Position numbers and translations under genes: made by a program. 64,000 nt of DNA. Source: Eledone cirrhosa. Its lineage: Eukaryota. The notes under the pieces are model-generated. The model saw nothing but the letters and a program-made list of their open reading frames with translations, was not told where the DNA came from and did not search any database. How positions within the stretch are numbered: the stretch's first letter is position 1; each line of letters opens with the position of its first letter. The stretch is taken from positions 236,530,001-236,594,000 of the forward strand of contig OZ024741.1 of assembly GCA_964016885.1 (NCBI GenBank), read 5' to 3'. Shown here piece by piece: positions 49,501-62,790 of this stretch.

Positions 49501-50590
49501 ACAAATAAACAAACAAACACACAGGCAGAAAAAACCCAAAAAATGAATAAGCATAAGTTTCATTGTAATGTAGTGTTCGAATGTCTGACTTAGTTTTTCC
49601 CTTCTCTTCTCTGTCCGTCCGCTTGTTTCTCTCTTCATTCTTATTTTCTTTACGTTTTTTTTTTGTTTTTGTTTTTTGTTTTTTGTTTTTGTTTTTCTCT
49701 GTTTGTTTTTCTCGTTTTTTTTGCTGTTGTTGCTGTGCTGCTTTGGTTTTGATGTTTGTTTTTTCTTTTTTCTTTTGAGTCTATCTATATATTTTGATGC
49801 CTTCCTCTTTTTTAGTAGGAATTCTATAATGTGGTGGCAGCAACTAGCAGGAAGCAATGGGAGAGAATAGCGGCGGTAGCGATACTGAGACAGTGGTGGT
49901 GATGTCGATACCGAGGCAGTGGTGGTGGTGATGTGATCGTATTACTGTAGTGATGGTGTTGTAGCGGTGGTAGCAATGAAGGAGTGGTGGCGGCGGTGAT
50001 GGGATAGTGGTAGTAATGATGGCAGTAGTGATGGTGTTGTAGCGGTGGTAGCAATGAAGGATTGATGTCCGTTCGGTGAATCTATGGGGTTAGTCGCGTA
50101 TATGTGTTGACCTAAATTCCCTTAATGTTGGGATTAAACATTTTGTTAAGACTTGGGACAATAATAATAGTATTTATTATTATCCTTATTATGTTGAGAT
50201 TGGTTGTGGTGGTGGTGAAATTGCCGTTATCTGGCTGTTGTGTTTAGTGTACACAGAGAGGTGATGGGATAGGTGGTGTATCTAGTTTCTGGTGTTGGTG
50301 AGATTGGTGTTGTTTGGCTGTTCTATATAGTGTAGACAGAGGAGGGGGGGGGGGTTCTTCTTCCGTTTATAGCCATTTTCTTTTTTGAATATACAATGTA
50401 CAATACAAAGTTGAATATTTGAATATTTGAGCCTTATAACAATATATTTTGGGTCCGAATTTTTTGGGGGCTCAAGCCGGATGCTTTACGTAGCATTTGT
50501 ACTAAGAGTTGTTATTTCACAAATGATTTAAATATGTTAAAAATTCAAAACTTACGGGAGCGATTTCATGACCTTCTACCACCTCGTGCG

Positions 50591-50711
50591 TCTTCTTTCT
50601 TCTTCTTCTTCTTCGTCTTCTTCTTCTTCTTCTTCTTCTTCTTCTTCTTCTTCTTCTTCTTCTTCTTCTTCTTCTTCTTCTTCTTCTTCTTCTTCTTCTT
50701 CTTCTTCTTCT
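50591..50711. repeat. (TTC)n microsatellite
   Basis: Direct reading. Confidence 0.95.
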
Positions 50712-50924
50712 CCTCCTCCCCCCCTCTCTCATTGTATCTTCCAATGAAGGACTAATGTCTGAAACATTACAACTCTTGCCTACTCTTGCCTTGCTATATT
50801 AAGCACAAAAATAATATATATATATACATATATCATCATTGAATTGTATTGTTCTTCTGTCTTGTTTTCCCTTGTTGACTGATTTTTCTCATATATGTGT
50901 GTATATATATATATATATATACAC

Positions 50925-51290
50925 ATATTGAGTTGAATCATAAATAATTTTCATTTTAGTAAAATAATTTATTCATTAATAATTTAATAATGAATTAATT
51001 TCAATCAATAGTATATTTGCCATTATTTTGAATCCATTCTTGCCATTTATCAGGTAACTTGTTGATTCCTCCCAAGTAAAATTCAGCTGGTTTCAAGCTC
51101 AAGAGGTTTTCCACAAACGTTTTCACCTGATCTTGAGAAAATACTTTGCAATTCAGAGCATTTTCTAGAGAATGAAAAAGATGGAAATCACTTGGTCCAA
51201 TGTCTGGGGAATATGGTGGATGGGGTAGAACAGACCAGCCTAAATCCAAAATATGTGTAATTGTGAAATTAGATAATTTCGTCTGCATTG
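50925..51290 (-). mobile_element. Mariner transposase C-terminal remnant
   Basis: LGWSVLPHPPYSPDIGPSDFHLFHSL...GINKLPDKWQ...NNGKY (YSPDLAPxD-type motif). Confidence 0.85.
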
Positions 51291-51309
51291 CTTATATCAT
51301 ATATATATA

Positions 51310-52680
51310 TCATCATCATCATCATCATTTTTATGTCTGCTTTTCCATGCTTGGTGGGTTGGATGGGTCCTTTTCAGCACAGCACTTCTCCATTCATCAC
51401 GTTCCTTTGTCATCTCCTCAGTAAATTCCAGCAATTTGAGGTCAGCTTTCACCTCATCCACCTAGGTCTTCCCTGATCTTCCTCTACTGAGGCGTCCTTC
51501 TACTGGGATTTCCTGGCACTTCTTCACTCAGTGATCATCATCCATGCACTTTACATGTCCATATCTATGCAGTCTTCTCTTTTGCACACTACTTCTGATT
51601 TCTTTTAAACCCAGTTTTTCTCTTAGTTCATTCAAGCTCAGCTATTCTCCCTTATTAACATTGCACATCCATCTAAACATGCTTGCTTCCTTTTTCACCA
51701 GTTTATGCATGTCCTCTGCAGTCACTTGCTATATTTCCCTACCATGCAGCATCGCACTTTGCACACAGGCATCATACAGCCTTCCTTTCATTCATAGGGA
51801 GAAGCATTTTGTTGACATCAGAGGGAGTAGCTTTCAAAACTTCTTCCATCCTATCCTTAGTCTAGCTACTATGCTTTCTGAACATCCTCCTCCATATTAG
51901 ATCATCTTGATAGCAGAAGCTATCAAATGCTTCTATGGATCCTTCATATGATTGGAAAAGGTTTATATTACTGACGCTCGTACTATTGATTACTTGTATG
52001 TATGTATCATCATCATCATCACCGTTTTACGTCCGTTCTTCCAAGCTAGCATGGGTTAGACAGGTTGTCCTGTTGTGGGCAGTGTCCGGTCGGCTGACCT
52101 TGTCTTGCTCATACGGGAACTGATTCTGGCTTGATTTCTACAGCTGGATGCCCTTCCTAACACCAACCTCATTTACAGTGAGTGCTGGGTGCTTTTTTTC
52201 CGTGACGCCTACACATCCACTTTACAGTGTGGGCTGGGTGCTTTTTGCCGTGGCACCTCCACGACCACTTTGCAGTGGGAGGGTGTGGGGGCATATTGTC
52301 TATATGCTTCAGCTTCGGCTTGTACCCGTGGGGGGTCGGGTCTTCTGTATTACTGCATGACGCCAGAGGTCACGGTCATGTGTCATCGCCTTTGAGAGGT
52401 GTAATTGGGTAAGGTCGGCTTTTATCACCTCATCCCAGGTCATCTTGGGTCTCCCCACTCCGCGGTTTCCATCAACTTCTAGTGCTCTGCACCTTTTTAT
52501 GCAGCTGTCATCCTTCATATGCATCACATGTCCATACCAACGCAACCGCCTCTCCTGCACACAGCATTTGATTCCTCTTACACTCAGTCTCTCTCTCAAT
52601 TCATTTATGCTTTGCCGTTCGCGTATATTACTATTACACATCCATCAGAGCATGCAGGCTTCGTTTCTCTCTAATCTATA
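51310..52680 (-). mobile_element. Two RTE LINE 3' fragments
   Basis: About 51310-51930 (degraded) and 52008-52680 (RRLRWYGHVMHM...GRPK.TW), each with an (ATG)n tail. Confidence 0.8.
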
Positions 52681-53766
52681 TGTATGTTATGTTGGGTCAC
52701 TCTTGAGAGCTACTGGTAACATGTAACCCAGTACAACCTGTCACATCGTCGGGTCATTGGCGACTAAACCAGCAACCCCACCAAGTTTACTTGGTGAGGA
52801 GGGTGATTTTGGACACCCTGCAGGACAAAAAACAAAACCTGACAAAGGGCAGAAGAACTCATAAGAGTCAATGGCCATCCAAATGTGTGTAAATATGTAT
52901 ATACACATGTACATATGTATATGTATATGTGTATATACATGGGTGCATGTGTGTGTATATGCACGGGGACATAGAAATAGTCGGGCTAGACACCCGATCG
53001 CGTGGTTAAACCTCTGGGAGTGAAGGACCCCTAGCCTTTGTCAGGGCATTCTTCTAGGAGAAAGCAACTCAGGAAACTGGGATAATTCTGATATAAAACC
53101 TGCGGCTCAGTAGTTACTGATGATGTTGATCTTTTCTTCTTTTCGGATCATAGCTACTGTCGCTCAGTGAGTGGGATTGGCTCAGTGCACAGTCTTTCCT
53201 CCCTTTAAAAAATATCTTCACACACAGGCATTGCACGATAGAATTAATTAATAATTATTAATAATGGTATATCATGCAGTGGCCATACTCGATAACGAGG
53301 GAGCAGCCATCATCATCATGTATGTATGTATGTGTGCTTGTATTTACATATTTTGACAAGTTGCTACTCAGAATTTCACATTCCCAATCCTACATATATA
53401 CACATAAATGTGTTAGTGCGTATGTGTGAGAGAGAATGTGTAAATGTTTGTAGCTAGACAAATGTATACCTTTCGCCAGTGTATATCAGTGAAGGACATA
53501 GATAACACCGAAAACCCTGCCCACCAAATTCAACTGGTGCTGTACGAATTAAGTCCCTCCAGATATATGTTCCATATTTCCTATTTTCACTCATTGCCAT
53601 TAGAAATGCAATGAACAGTGATTGGCTAGTTGAAACCTGTAACCAATGACACTATTGTTCACCATCTGTAATATGAGATAGTAATAAATAAATATATATA
53701 AAAATATAAATAAAAAAAATGTATATTACACAGAATTAATTATAAGAAAACCATATTCATACTTAC

Positions 53767-53901
53767 TTAATCTACCCCAGCCTGCAATATAACATTTTCT
53801 TTTCAAATATTTCATTTCTTTCATGTCAATCAATTCAGCAAGCTTCACCGTTTTCGACAGTTTCACTGGTTTTGTAGTGTATAACAGAGCTACATCATTT
53901 C
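53767..53901 (-). CDS. S1 serine protease gene B, exon 4 (catalytic Asp)
   Basis: CCTTAG acceptor, GTAAGT donor. Encodes NDVALLYTTKPVKLSKTVKLAELIDMKEMKYLKRKCYIAGWGRL. Confidence 0.92.
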
Positions 53902-54076
53902 CTAAGGATGGAAACCAAGTGAGGAAAGAATGGTGAGAGTATATCAAGTTAGAAATAGGTGTACAGTTAAATGAAGTATTTTGGTAGACCAACACCGACA
54001 CAACTGCCAACAATGCTACCATCACCCACACCAACTCAACCCCATATATAAACCCAAAAGATGTAGGTACACATAC

Positions 54077-54195
54077 TTCTACCAGTTATATTTCCTCCAA
54101 AATCTGGGTGGCGAATTACAGATCCAATTGTGTATTTTGTTCCATAGAACTTCCTTGCATGACCAACGTAGACTTCAAAAGGTTCTGAATTCAAC
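54077..54195 (-). CDS. S1 serine protease gene B, exon 3
   Basis: TTGCCAG acceptor, GTATGT donor. Encodes LNSEPFEVYVGHARKFYGTKYTIGSVIRHPDFGGNITGR. Confidence 0.9.
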
Positions 54196-54689
54196 CTGGC
54201 AACAAATATGTGAAGAGTTTCACTTGAAATCTTAGCCTAGATAGATTGTGATGGATGGAGGTTGTGTGTGCATGCATGTATTTGTGTATGCACATGTGTA
54301 TGTATGTGAGTATGTGTGTATCTGTGTGTAGCAGTGTGTGTCTATATGTGTGTGTGTGTGCATGCATGTATGTGTATGTGATTTATGTATCAAAATGTTC
54401 AAATAATAAAAATTTGTTGTAATTATTTTCAAGGGAATGCATAAATAACAACAACGATGATGTAGTAAAGGTAGAAAAACAGTGTTTCATTGTAAAATAA
54501 TCAATCCAGATATTTTAACACCTTATTTACATAGAATTTGAAGTTAGTGAAAATAGACAAAATATTGACCTCAAATACAAGCCGAAACACCATTTTACCA
54601 TCAATAATTTTGTTGCATACTTCGCAACTTATATACAAGTATATACAGTAATTATATATATGGATGTATATATGTTTGATAGAGGCATG

Positions 54690-55336
54690 AAGAATTGTGG
54701 CAGAGACAGTAAAAGCATCCAAAGTTAAGACATGGGAGGACTTTGGAGTTAAGTTGGAATCTGACTTCAGATCAGCAAATAAAGTGTTCTGGCGGACCAT
54801 TTGCTGACTTCATAATAGGAAGTTCTCTTCCACACCTGCTATCAAGAACGCATCTGGGATTCTTCTCTCTTCAGAGATGTGCATCTTTATGATGTAGAGA
54901 GAATACTTTGTTGATCTTATAAACCCAATCACAACAAAATCTTCTGATGTACATGAGCAGTGACTAATCTCTCAGAGGCTGAGGTCACAAGAGCAGTTAA
55001 AGAGCTCAAATATGGCGAGGCCGCTGGGGAAGATGAAATCCTACCTGAGATGTTAAAAGCCTTAAATAGAGAAGGTATTCTCTGGCTGACTTGTGTGTGC
55101 TGGGTGGCCTGGATCTCTGGAAAGGCACCTAAGCAATGGCAAGCGAGAGTGATAATCCCAATTTTCAAAAAGGGAGACAAGAGAGATTGTTCCAATTACC
55201 GAGAGATCTTGTTAAGCCTCCCCGATAAAGCCTATGCTAAGTGTTTGGCAAAGAGATGCAGGGAGATTGTCAAGTCCAAACTAGCTGATGAACAGTGTGG
55301 TTTTCACCCAGCATGCAACATAGCCGACCAAATATT
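54690..55336 (+). mobile_element. RTE LINE internal remnant
   Basis: AAGEDEILPEMLK...IIPIFKKGDKRDCSNYR...EQCGF. Confidence 0.75.
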
Positions 55337-55374
55337 ATGCCAACCAATAATAGTAATATCAGTTGTTCAGTTTC

Positions 55375-55740
55375 ATATCACTCACTCAAACACACCTCAA
55401 CTCAACTGTCACTCTCCCTCAAATACAACTCAATTCAATTGTGTCATTTACTCAAACACACCTCAACTCAACCTTGTCACTCTTACTCAGACACTCATAA
55501 TGCCATACTCTCTCAAACATGCAGCAACTCAACTGCATCACTCTCACTCAAATACACCTCAACTCAACTGTGTCACACTCACTCAAACATGCCTCATCAA
55601 AACTTGTCATTCTGACTCAAACATGCCTCATCACAACTTTGTCACACTCATTCAAATACACCTCAACTCAACCCTGTCACTTTCGCTCAAACTCACCTCA
55701 ACTCATCTATGTCACTCTCACTCAAACATGCCTCAACAAC
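55375..55740. repeat. Degenerate ~30-bp minisatellite in intron 2 of gene B
   Basis: Recurring CACTCTCACTCAAACA(C/T)(A/G)CCTCAACTCAAC units. Confidence 0.7.
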
Positions 55741-55808
55741 TCCACTGGTAGCCTCAGTAAGCTTTCAATCACTCCAACATACTCCACTCAAGACAAAGCT
55801 TTACTCAC

Positions 55809-55983
55809 GTGCAATGTGTTGCTGTGAGAATGAGATGCTGAGATATAAGACTCCCACAACATATGCCTGTGGATACATGGATGAAAACTGCAGAAGGATT
55901 TTGTGATATTCTTGCTGGTTTGCCGTTGGCTACAGTATAGTGGCCCAAGATATCACTGGTATGGCCCAAGATATCACTGGTAT
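55809..55983 (-). CDS. S1 serine protease gene B, exon 2 (propeptide, VANG, catalytic His)
   Basis: CTACAG acceptor, GTGAGT donor. Encodes TSDILGHTSDILGHYTVANGKPARISQNPSAVFIHVSTGICCGSLISQHLILTATHC. Confidence 0.92.
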
Positions 55984-56744
55984 CTGTAGAAAAGGGAATA
56001 GAAAAAGAAAGAAAGGGTGAAGATGTGATAGCACAATATCATTTCACAGGCATGATAACTGCTTGTCAACACCATCACCCTCAATGTTATCATATATTCA
56101 TGAATATCATCATCATCAAGACTCTGAGACTATCTGTCAAAGCCTCCCCACCAAAATGTTCACTCCTTAACTTTCCCCCTCCTACCCCAACTACTTCACC
56201 CATTTCCCCATTTACTCCACATGTCAATCAAATTAGGACCCTGCCCCTGAAGAGATAGCATTGGGAAATAACTGAAAATGAATAAATAAGTCAGTTATCC
56301 ACTCGCCTTGGAAATTCTGAGCTCAGCTGTAGGGCACTATTTACAATACATATATATATATATATATATATAATGTATGTGTTACTTTAAAATGTTTATA
56401 TTTCATATGTCCTATTTGATATGGAATAAAAAATATTTTAAAGTGAAACTTCATAATGTATACACTTTGCTGATTACCAACTTATAAGTTACTGCAAGAA
56501 AAACACACTTTCTTTGGAATCACCTGGTTTAAGTAGTAACATTACCTATCAAGATATATACATACATATATATATATACCCAGCACTCACTGTAAATGAG
56601 GTTGGTGTTAGGAAGGGCATCCAGCTGTAGAAATCAAGCCAGAATCAGTTCCCGTATGAGCAAGACAAGGTCAATAAAATAAAATACCAGTCATCCACTG
56701 GGATAATTGCTGGCCTTGCGCCAAAAATAGAAACAATTATATAT

Positions 56745-58043
56745 ACTGGCCTAGAATCAAAAGGCCTTAAAGTTAACTTGTCTAAGACTAAAGTTCTAGT
56801 TTGTAGAAAGGAAAATAGGGCACAGGTGCCCTCAGGGAAATGACCATGCTCAGTGTGTAGCAAAGGAGTAGGCAGAAATTCCATTTTATGTCCCAAATGC
56901 AAACTATGGGTACATAAAAGATGTAGTGGGATCACAGGTAAACTATCTAAGAATGTAGATTTTATATGTGGCCGATGCTCAAGTGCAATAAGTAGCAAGT
57001 GCCCACAGGATACTAGCTCCTTCTATTGCCCAGATGGTTCTATAGAAATAGTGGACACTTTCCGTTACCTGGGTGACAAAATCAGCAGTGGGGGAGGGTG
57101 CTCTGAAAGTACAGTAGTCAGAGTCAGAACGGGATGGAAAAAGTTCAGAGAGTTTATACCACTATTAGCCGCTAAAGGGTTCTCTCTAAAAATGAAAGGC
57201 AGATTGTATGATGCTTGTATACGAACAGCAATGCTACATGATAGTGAGACATGGGCATTACGTGCAGAGGACCTGCACAGACTGGAAAGGAATGAAGCAT
57301 GCATGCTCCGTTGGATGTGTAATAGCAATATATGTGAACGGCAAAGCATAAATGAACTAAGTGAGAAATTAGGAATAAGAGGGATCAGATGCTGTTTACT
57401 TGAGAGAAGACTACGTTGGTATGGTTACGTGATGCGCATGAAAGACGACAGCTGTATAAAAAGTGCAGGGCGATCAAAATTGATGGATGTTACGGAGTAG
57501 GTAGACCCAGAAAAACCTGGGACGATTTGATAAATTCCAACTTTGCATACTTGCACCTCTCTAAGACAATGTCACTGGACTGAGATCTTTGGCGCTACGC
57601 AGTGATACAGAAGACCCGCTTTGCCTATGTACAAAGCGGAACCTACAGTCAGTAGGCACCTCTTAACCAAATATACACCCCAATCCACTACCCCTACTCC
57701 ATCCTCCCACTCCCACCAACACTACTCTCTCTCTGTAAAGTTGGTACCACAACATCCAGTCCAAATAAATGAGAAAATGAGATCGAGTTCGTGTAGGTGT
57801 CATGACAAAAAAAAACACACAGTCCACGCTGTAATGTGGCCGTGTAGGTAACACGGTAAAAAGTTCCCAGTTCCACACTGTAAATGTAGTTGGTGTTAGG
57901 AAGGGCATCCAGCTGTAGAAAACCTGCCAGATAGACCTATATGAGCGAGACACGGTCACCCGACCAAACTTGCCTCAAGTGGGACAACTCCCATCTAACC
58001 CATGCTAGCGTGGAAGATAGACGTTAAACGAAAATGATGATGA
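56745..58043 (+). mobile_element. RTE LINE 3' fragment (same family as 34169-36290)
   Basis: Cys-rich insert, RRLRWYG, 3' UTR and (GAT)n tail. Stops and frameshifts present. Confidence 0.85.
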
Positions 58044-58278
58044 TACTAGCAGAAAAGTGGTTTTCTGCTAGCATGTATAGTGTGCATATTGATATTATAC
58101 GCAAATATACATGCATGTAGATATGATATGTCACATAAAATCGTAATTATATGCACAGAAATTGAAGAGAGACTGTGTTACACTCTCTTCTGTAATCAGT
58201 AAAGTAATCCAGGATACATTTCAAAAAGATGATATTATATATAAACTGCATTACGGTGAAATGTAATGAAACCTTATA

Positions 58279-58922
58279 TAATTGTTTCTACTTTAGGCAC
58301 AAGGCCAGCAATTACCCAGTGCATTACTGGTACTTTATTTTATCGACCCCGTAAGGATGAAAGGCAAAGTTAACTTCGGTGGGATTTGAACTCAGAATGG
58401 CAAGGACCGTAACTATACTGCCAATCCATGCAAATATATGGATGTTTATATAAGCAATGTAATAAGTGTTATGATATAATGGACACTAACTGGAAGTGTA
58501 GACATTTAAAGATTTTAAAAGAAGTGAATCTTAAAATAAACAATCATTACCAGTAATGTACTGGATAATTGCTGGCCTTGTGCCTAAAGTAGAAACAATT
58601 ATATAAGAATATTTGTTTAATCAACAGCTACGAAATTTAGTAGATAAATTATGTAATATTCATTCATTATTTATTCAAAGTAATCAAACTTATTTTACTA
58701 ACAGGATAAAAAATATATTCGGGACGCAGTCCCACACTCCTCCCTTTATTATAGTTATGAGCAGTATTGGTAGAGCATCAGACACCATGCTTTGCAGCAT
58801 AGAGTTATGGCCCTTTACATTCTGAGTTCAAATCCCGTAGAAGTTAGCTTTGCCTTTCATCCTATGGGGTCGATAAAATAAAGCACCAGTAATGCAGTGG
58901 TGTGCCAAAAGTAGAAACAATT
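58279..58922. mobile_element. Cluster of tRNA-derived SINE copies
   Basis: Minus copy at about 58279-58420, plus fragment at about 58548-58600, plus copy at about 58760-58922. Confidence 0.78.
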
Positions 58923-59689
58923 ATATATATATAATTATTTCTACTTTTGGCATACACACACACACACATATATATATGTGTGTGTGTGTGTGTTGATACA
59001 GCCGGAGCTCAGCTGTCGGGGTCCTGAATTTTTCATATATATATATTAAAAAGAGTCGAAGATCTGTTTACACTCTGGATACTACAGCCATAACTCTGAA
59101 ATACAACCAAAGGTTTAAGGAGTTTACACACCAAAACACACACACACACACACACATAGATAAACATAAATATAGGCATAGGTACAAACATAAACATAAA
59201 TTTGTGTGTGCGTGTGTGCATATGTGTATGCATGTGTGTGTGCATGTATACATGTGCATGCATGCATGTGTGTTTCGAGACAGAGCTGCTGTTGCAAATG
59301 TTATAGCTGTAGCTACAGTAGGGATGTGTTGTGTTGGTGAGGACATGTTAAGAGGTAAAAAACTATCTAAAGTTTACCTTGTTTTAGACTGAATTGGGCC
59401 AAAGAGAATATAGTCAAGTTAATATGATAATATTGGGTCATACAGGGGATTTGACCACAATATAAGATCCACTTAGGACATACACATGTTAGTGTTAATA
59501 AACATGTTAAATTGATGATGAGGTGATGATATGATCAGCATCATGATGGCAATGATGATGATGATTATGCTGCTGCTACTGTTAGTGATGATGATGATGA
59601 TGATGATGATGACAACAATAATGATGTTGACTATGAGGATGATGATTATAATGATTGTTATTGTTATTATTGATATTATTTTTTTTTTT

Positions 59690-60347
59690 AGAAGCAGAAA
59701 CCCATATTTGTACCGTCCTGTGCTGTCCTTAACGTATTCCTTGTAAACCCTTTGTGGTTAATAAAGAAATCATTATTATTATTAGGGCGGATCCAACTAT
59801 CAACTTTTTTCACAATCGCCCTGCCGCTCATCTTTAGCCAGGAAGGGCAAGCTAATTTTGTTTGTCTGGTGGCCATGGCGAATGAGTTCATATGGTCGAT
59901 GCTTCAGAAACAGCTGAAGATGGACATTTTTCTCATCGGCAACACCTTGATTAACTTCTTCAGGTTTCATTTGAAGAGGACGATCAGATTGGAGAGGGAA
60001 GTGCTGCCTTCCAGCCCCTTTGTTGAAAGGTGGGAGAAAGAGGCGAGAATGACTCGAGTGAATGGACTTGCTCTGAGCACGTGCCTATAGATCGAGGGAG
60101 GACACTTGAGAGAGGGCACTTATCATGGTAGTCAGGGTGACTGGCTTTGGTGGGCTTTCTCCACGAGTAACTCTTGGAAGTCTACCCCCTATTGGGGAGA
60201 TTTCTTTTGTTTCTATTTTTTCTTACATCCTTTGTTTTTGTTTTATATTTGTTTTTACACACAGAAACACGCATTGTACCGTTCTGTGCTGTCCTTAATA
60301 TATATTTTGTAAACTCTTTGTGGTTAATAAAGAAAACAATATTTTAA

Positions 60348-60390
<43 letters not shown>
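59690..60390 (+). mobile_element. Two tandem Tx1 3' fragments, each ending in (TTA)n
   Basis: GTAAACCCTTTGTGGTTAATAAAGAAATC(ATT)n, then ORF2 C-terminus (FFRFHLKR...FVERW) with its 3' UTR. Confidence 0.82.
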
Positions 60391-60647
60391 ATCGACCCCA
60401 GTACATTACTGGTTCTTTATTTTATTGAACTCCGTAAGGATGAAATAAAGTACCAGTAACACACTGGGGCCTAAATCAGAAACCATTATTATTTGCTACA
60501 TCCTTACAGGGTCGATAAAATAAAGCACCAGTAACATCAAAATTGCTGGCCTTGTGCCAGAAATCATTATTTGCTACACATCTCTATGCAGAGGTCTACA
60601 CACACACACACACAAATACACACACATACACAGATACAGGTACTCAC

Positions 60648-60795
60648 CTTTATATGTTTTACTACTGGCCACTGAATGTAGTAAAACTGGAACCAATGTG
60701 CTGATGAAGAAGAAGACAGGCATCAATCTACAGAATCCTCTACCAACAGATATGTCTTCTGATGTATAGAACCAGCTCTGGTGATGTCTGGCCAT
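60648..60795 (-). CDS. S1 serine protease gene B, probable first coding exon (signal peptide)
   Basis: MARHHQSWFYTSEDISVGRGFCRLMPVFFFISTLVPVLLHSVASSKTYK. AG|GTGAGT phase-1 donor fits exon 2. Total CDS 924 nt. Alternative start at 60723. Confidence 0.7.
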
Positions 60796-60869
60796 CTTCT
60801 TTCACCAAACTCCAGATACCAAGTAATAGGATCTGCTAGATAATTTGCCTCAGTACTACACCTGACACG

Positions 60870-61283
60870 TTTCACATACACACACGCACACACACATAGG
60901 CACACATATACACACCCGTACATTTACATAGACACACATATGTGTATATATATACTTATATATACGTATACACACATATATAGAGAAAAATTGAGAGAAG
61001 CAGATGGCCATACACACTCTCATACATACACTCAGACACACACATACATATACACATATACACAGACATATACATGTACACACATATACACACACAGACA
61101 TATATACAGATACACACATACATACATACATACATAGAGACACACATATGCATACACCCAGACACACACACATACATATACATACAAACACAAACCTGCA
61201 CATATATAGACACACATATACACATACATACATATACATATATGTACACACATATGTACACCCACATATATATATATACATAA
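60870..61283. repeat. CA/TA low-complexity microsatellite
   Basis: Direct reading. Confidence 0.9.
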
Positions 61284-61284
61284 A

Positions 61285-62413
61285 TTATATCCTTACTAGA
61301 TGTTACAGAGTGACTGTTGTAAACACTAAATCCCTCCCCTGTGAAGAATGTACCTCCCAACATAGCCTAATAGTTAGTGACCTCATAGTCAGGACTAGAT
61401 GTACTCGACGACAGAGGAAGACTACCCTGAGGAGAAGATTTTGGTAGTTTAAGGACCTCACAGCCAGTAACAAATTTAAAATCATATTACTTGATGCTTT
61501 TGACAGTAAGTAAGAGCAATTAGAGACGTACAGTGTAGAGAAATAGTGGGAGTTCTTGAAAGTTAACCTGCTGAAGGCGACAGATGAAATCTGTAGCTGG
61601 AGCAGACCTATTGGCAGGAGGAGAGTAACATGGTGGTGGAACAGTAAGGTGGAGGAGACAATCAAGGCCAAACAGTAGGCTTGGAAAGTATGGCGGGATG
61701 GGGAAAGTAGAGAACACTATCAAGTGGCCAGGAGAGAAGCTAGGAGACAAGTGTACTTTGCAAGAAGGGAAGCAGAGGATAGAAAGTTCAAGCATGTTCT
61801 ACAACGCGAGGACCAAAAACGTGAGGTGTTCAGGATTGCTAGACAATGTGTCAAGGAAAACCGTGATATTGTCGGGGAGAAACACAATTTTGCACTGGTG
61901 CAGTAATGTGCCACTTTCAACCTTCGGTAATCAGAAGAAGAGCAGTAGATGTAAAAGCCAAACTTGTTATCTTCAGTTCAGTATGTGTGCCAACCCTTAC
62001 CTTGGGTATTAACCAAAAGAATATGATGACAATACAAGCGGCTGAAATAGGGTTCCTCCAAAGGGACCTTGGAGTAACATTACTCGATAGAGTGTGTAGT
62101 TCGGAGATCAGAGAGTCACTCCAGGTAGAGCCTCTACTTCTCCAAATTGAGAGATCACAGCTCCAATACTATGAGCATGTGGTTAGAATGTTTCAGGAAA
62201 GAATCACTAGATAGATTATATGGCCAAAACCAACTGGCAGGAGACCCAAGGGTAGACCCTGAGCAAGATGGTTGGATAACATCTATGAGCTTGGCTAGTC
62301 TCGCATGGGATCAATTAGAGACAGTTGTTTCTGACAGGGCCCGCTGAAGGGAGTGTTTGGGGACTCTACCCCCATGACCCTCTCAAGAATAAGCGGGCGA
62401 AGAAGAAGAAGAA
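61285..62413 (+). mobile_element. Degraded RTE-clade fragments
   Basis: APE end and linker (SQHSLIVSDL; ARREARRQVYFAR), then a 3' fragment (AAEIGFLQR...IRESL.VEPLLLQIERSQL) ending in (GAA)n. Confidence 0.7.
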
Positions 62414-62619
62414 ACACATTTTAAAATATTTTCTGCTAAATCATTACAGGATGTTAAGAGATACCTTGTTTAACTGCATTAAGCCTTTTGATACCACTCC
62501 AGGTTATATGGCATAAAACTGTTTATTTTATAGTGTTATTATTTATCTAAAAACCTTCAGTCATCATTTTATGTAAGAATATTTGTTAAGTTATGTTCCA
62601 AACACCAGCTTGATAATGG

Positions 62620-62790
62620 TTTCTGATTTAAACACAAAGCCAGCAGTTTTTTGGAAAGGGGAAAGTTATTTTATCGAACCCTTGACGATTAAAAGTAAAG
62701 TTAACCCCAGCAGGATTTTAATTCAGAATATAGAAAGTCATATCTAAATACTGCAAAGCATTTTGTCCAAAGCTCTACCGATTCTGCGCA
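62620..62790 (-). mobile_element. Degraded tRNA-derived SINE
   Basis: Diverged reverse complement of the 16145 family. Confidence 0.55.

Noticed and set aside
50742-50775. Degenerate hammerhead-like motif CCAATGAAGGAC...GTCTGAAAC
   Set aside because: Two core changes and no stem III or cleavage triplet.
53726-54034. 102-aa ORF with a signal-like N-terminus as a separate small gene
   Set aside because: It is exon 4 of gene B read through flanking intron. Exon 3 lies 175 nt upstream with proper splice sites.
60856-61447. Cys/Val/Tyr-rich and His/Thr-rich ORFs
   Set aside because: Translations of CA/TA microsatellite.
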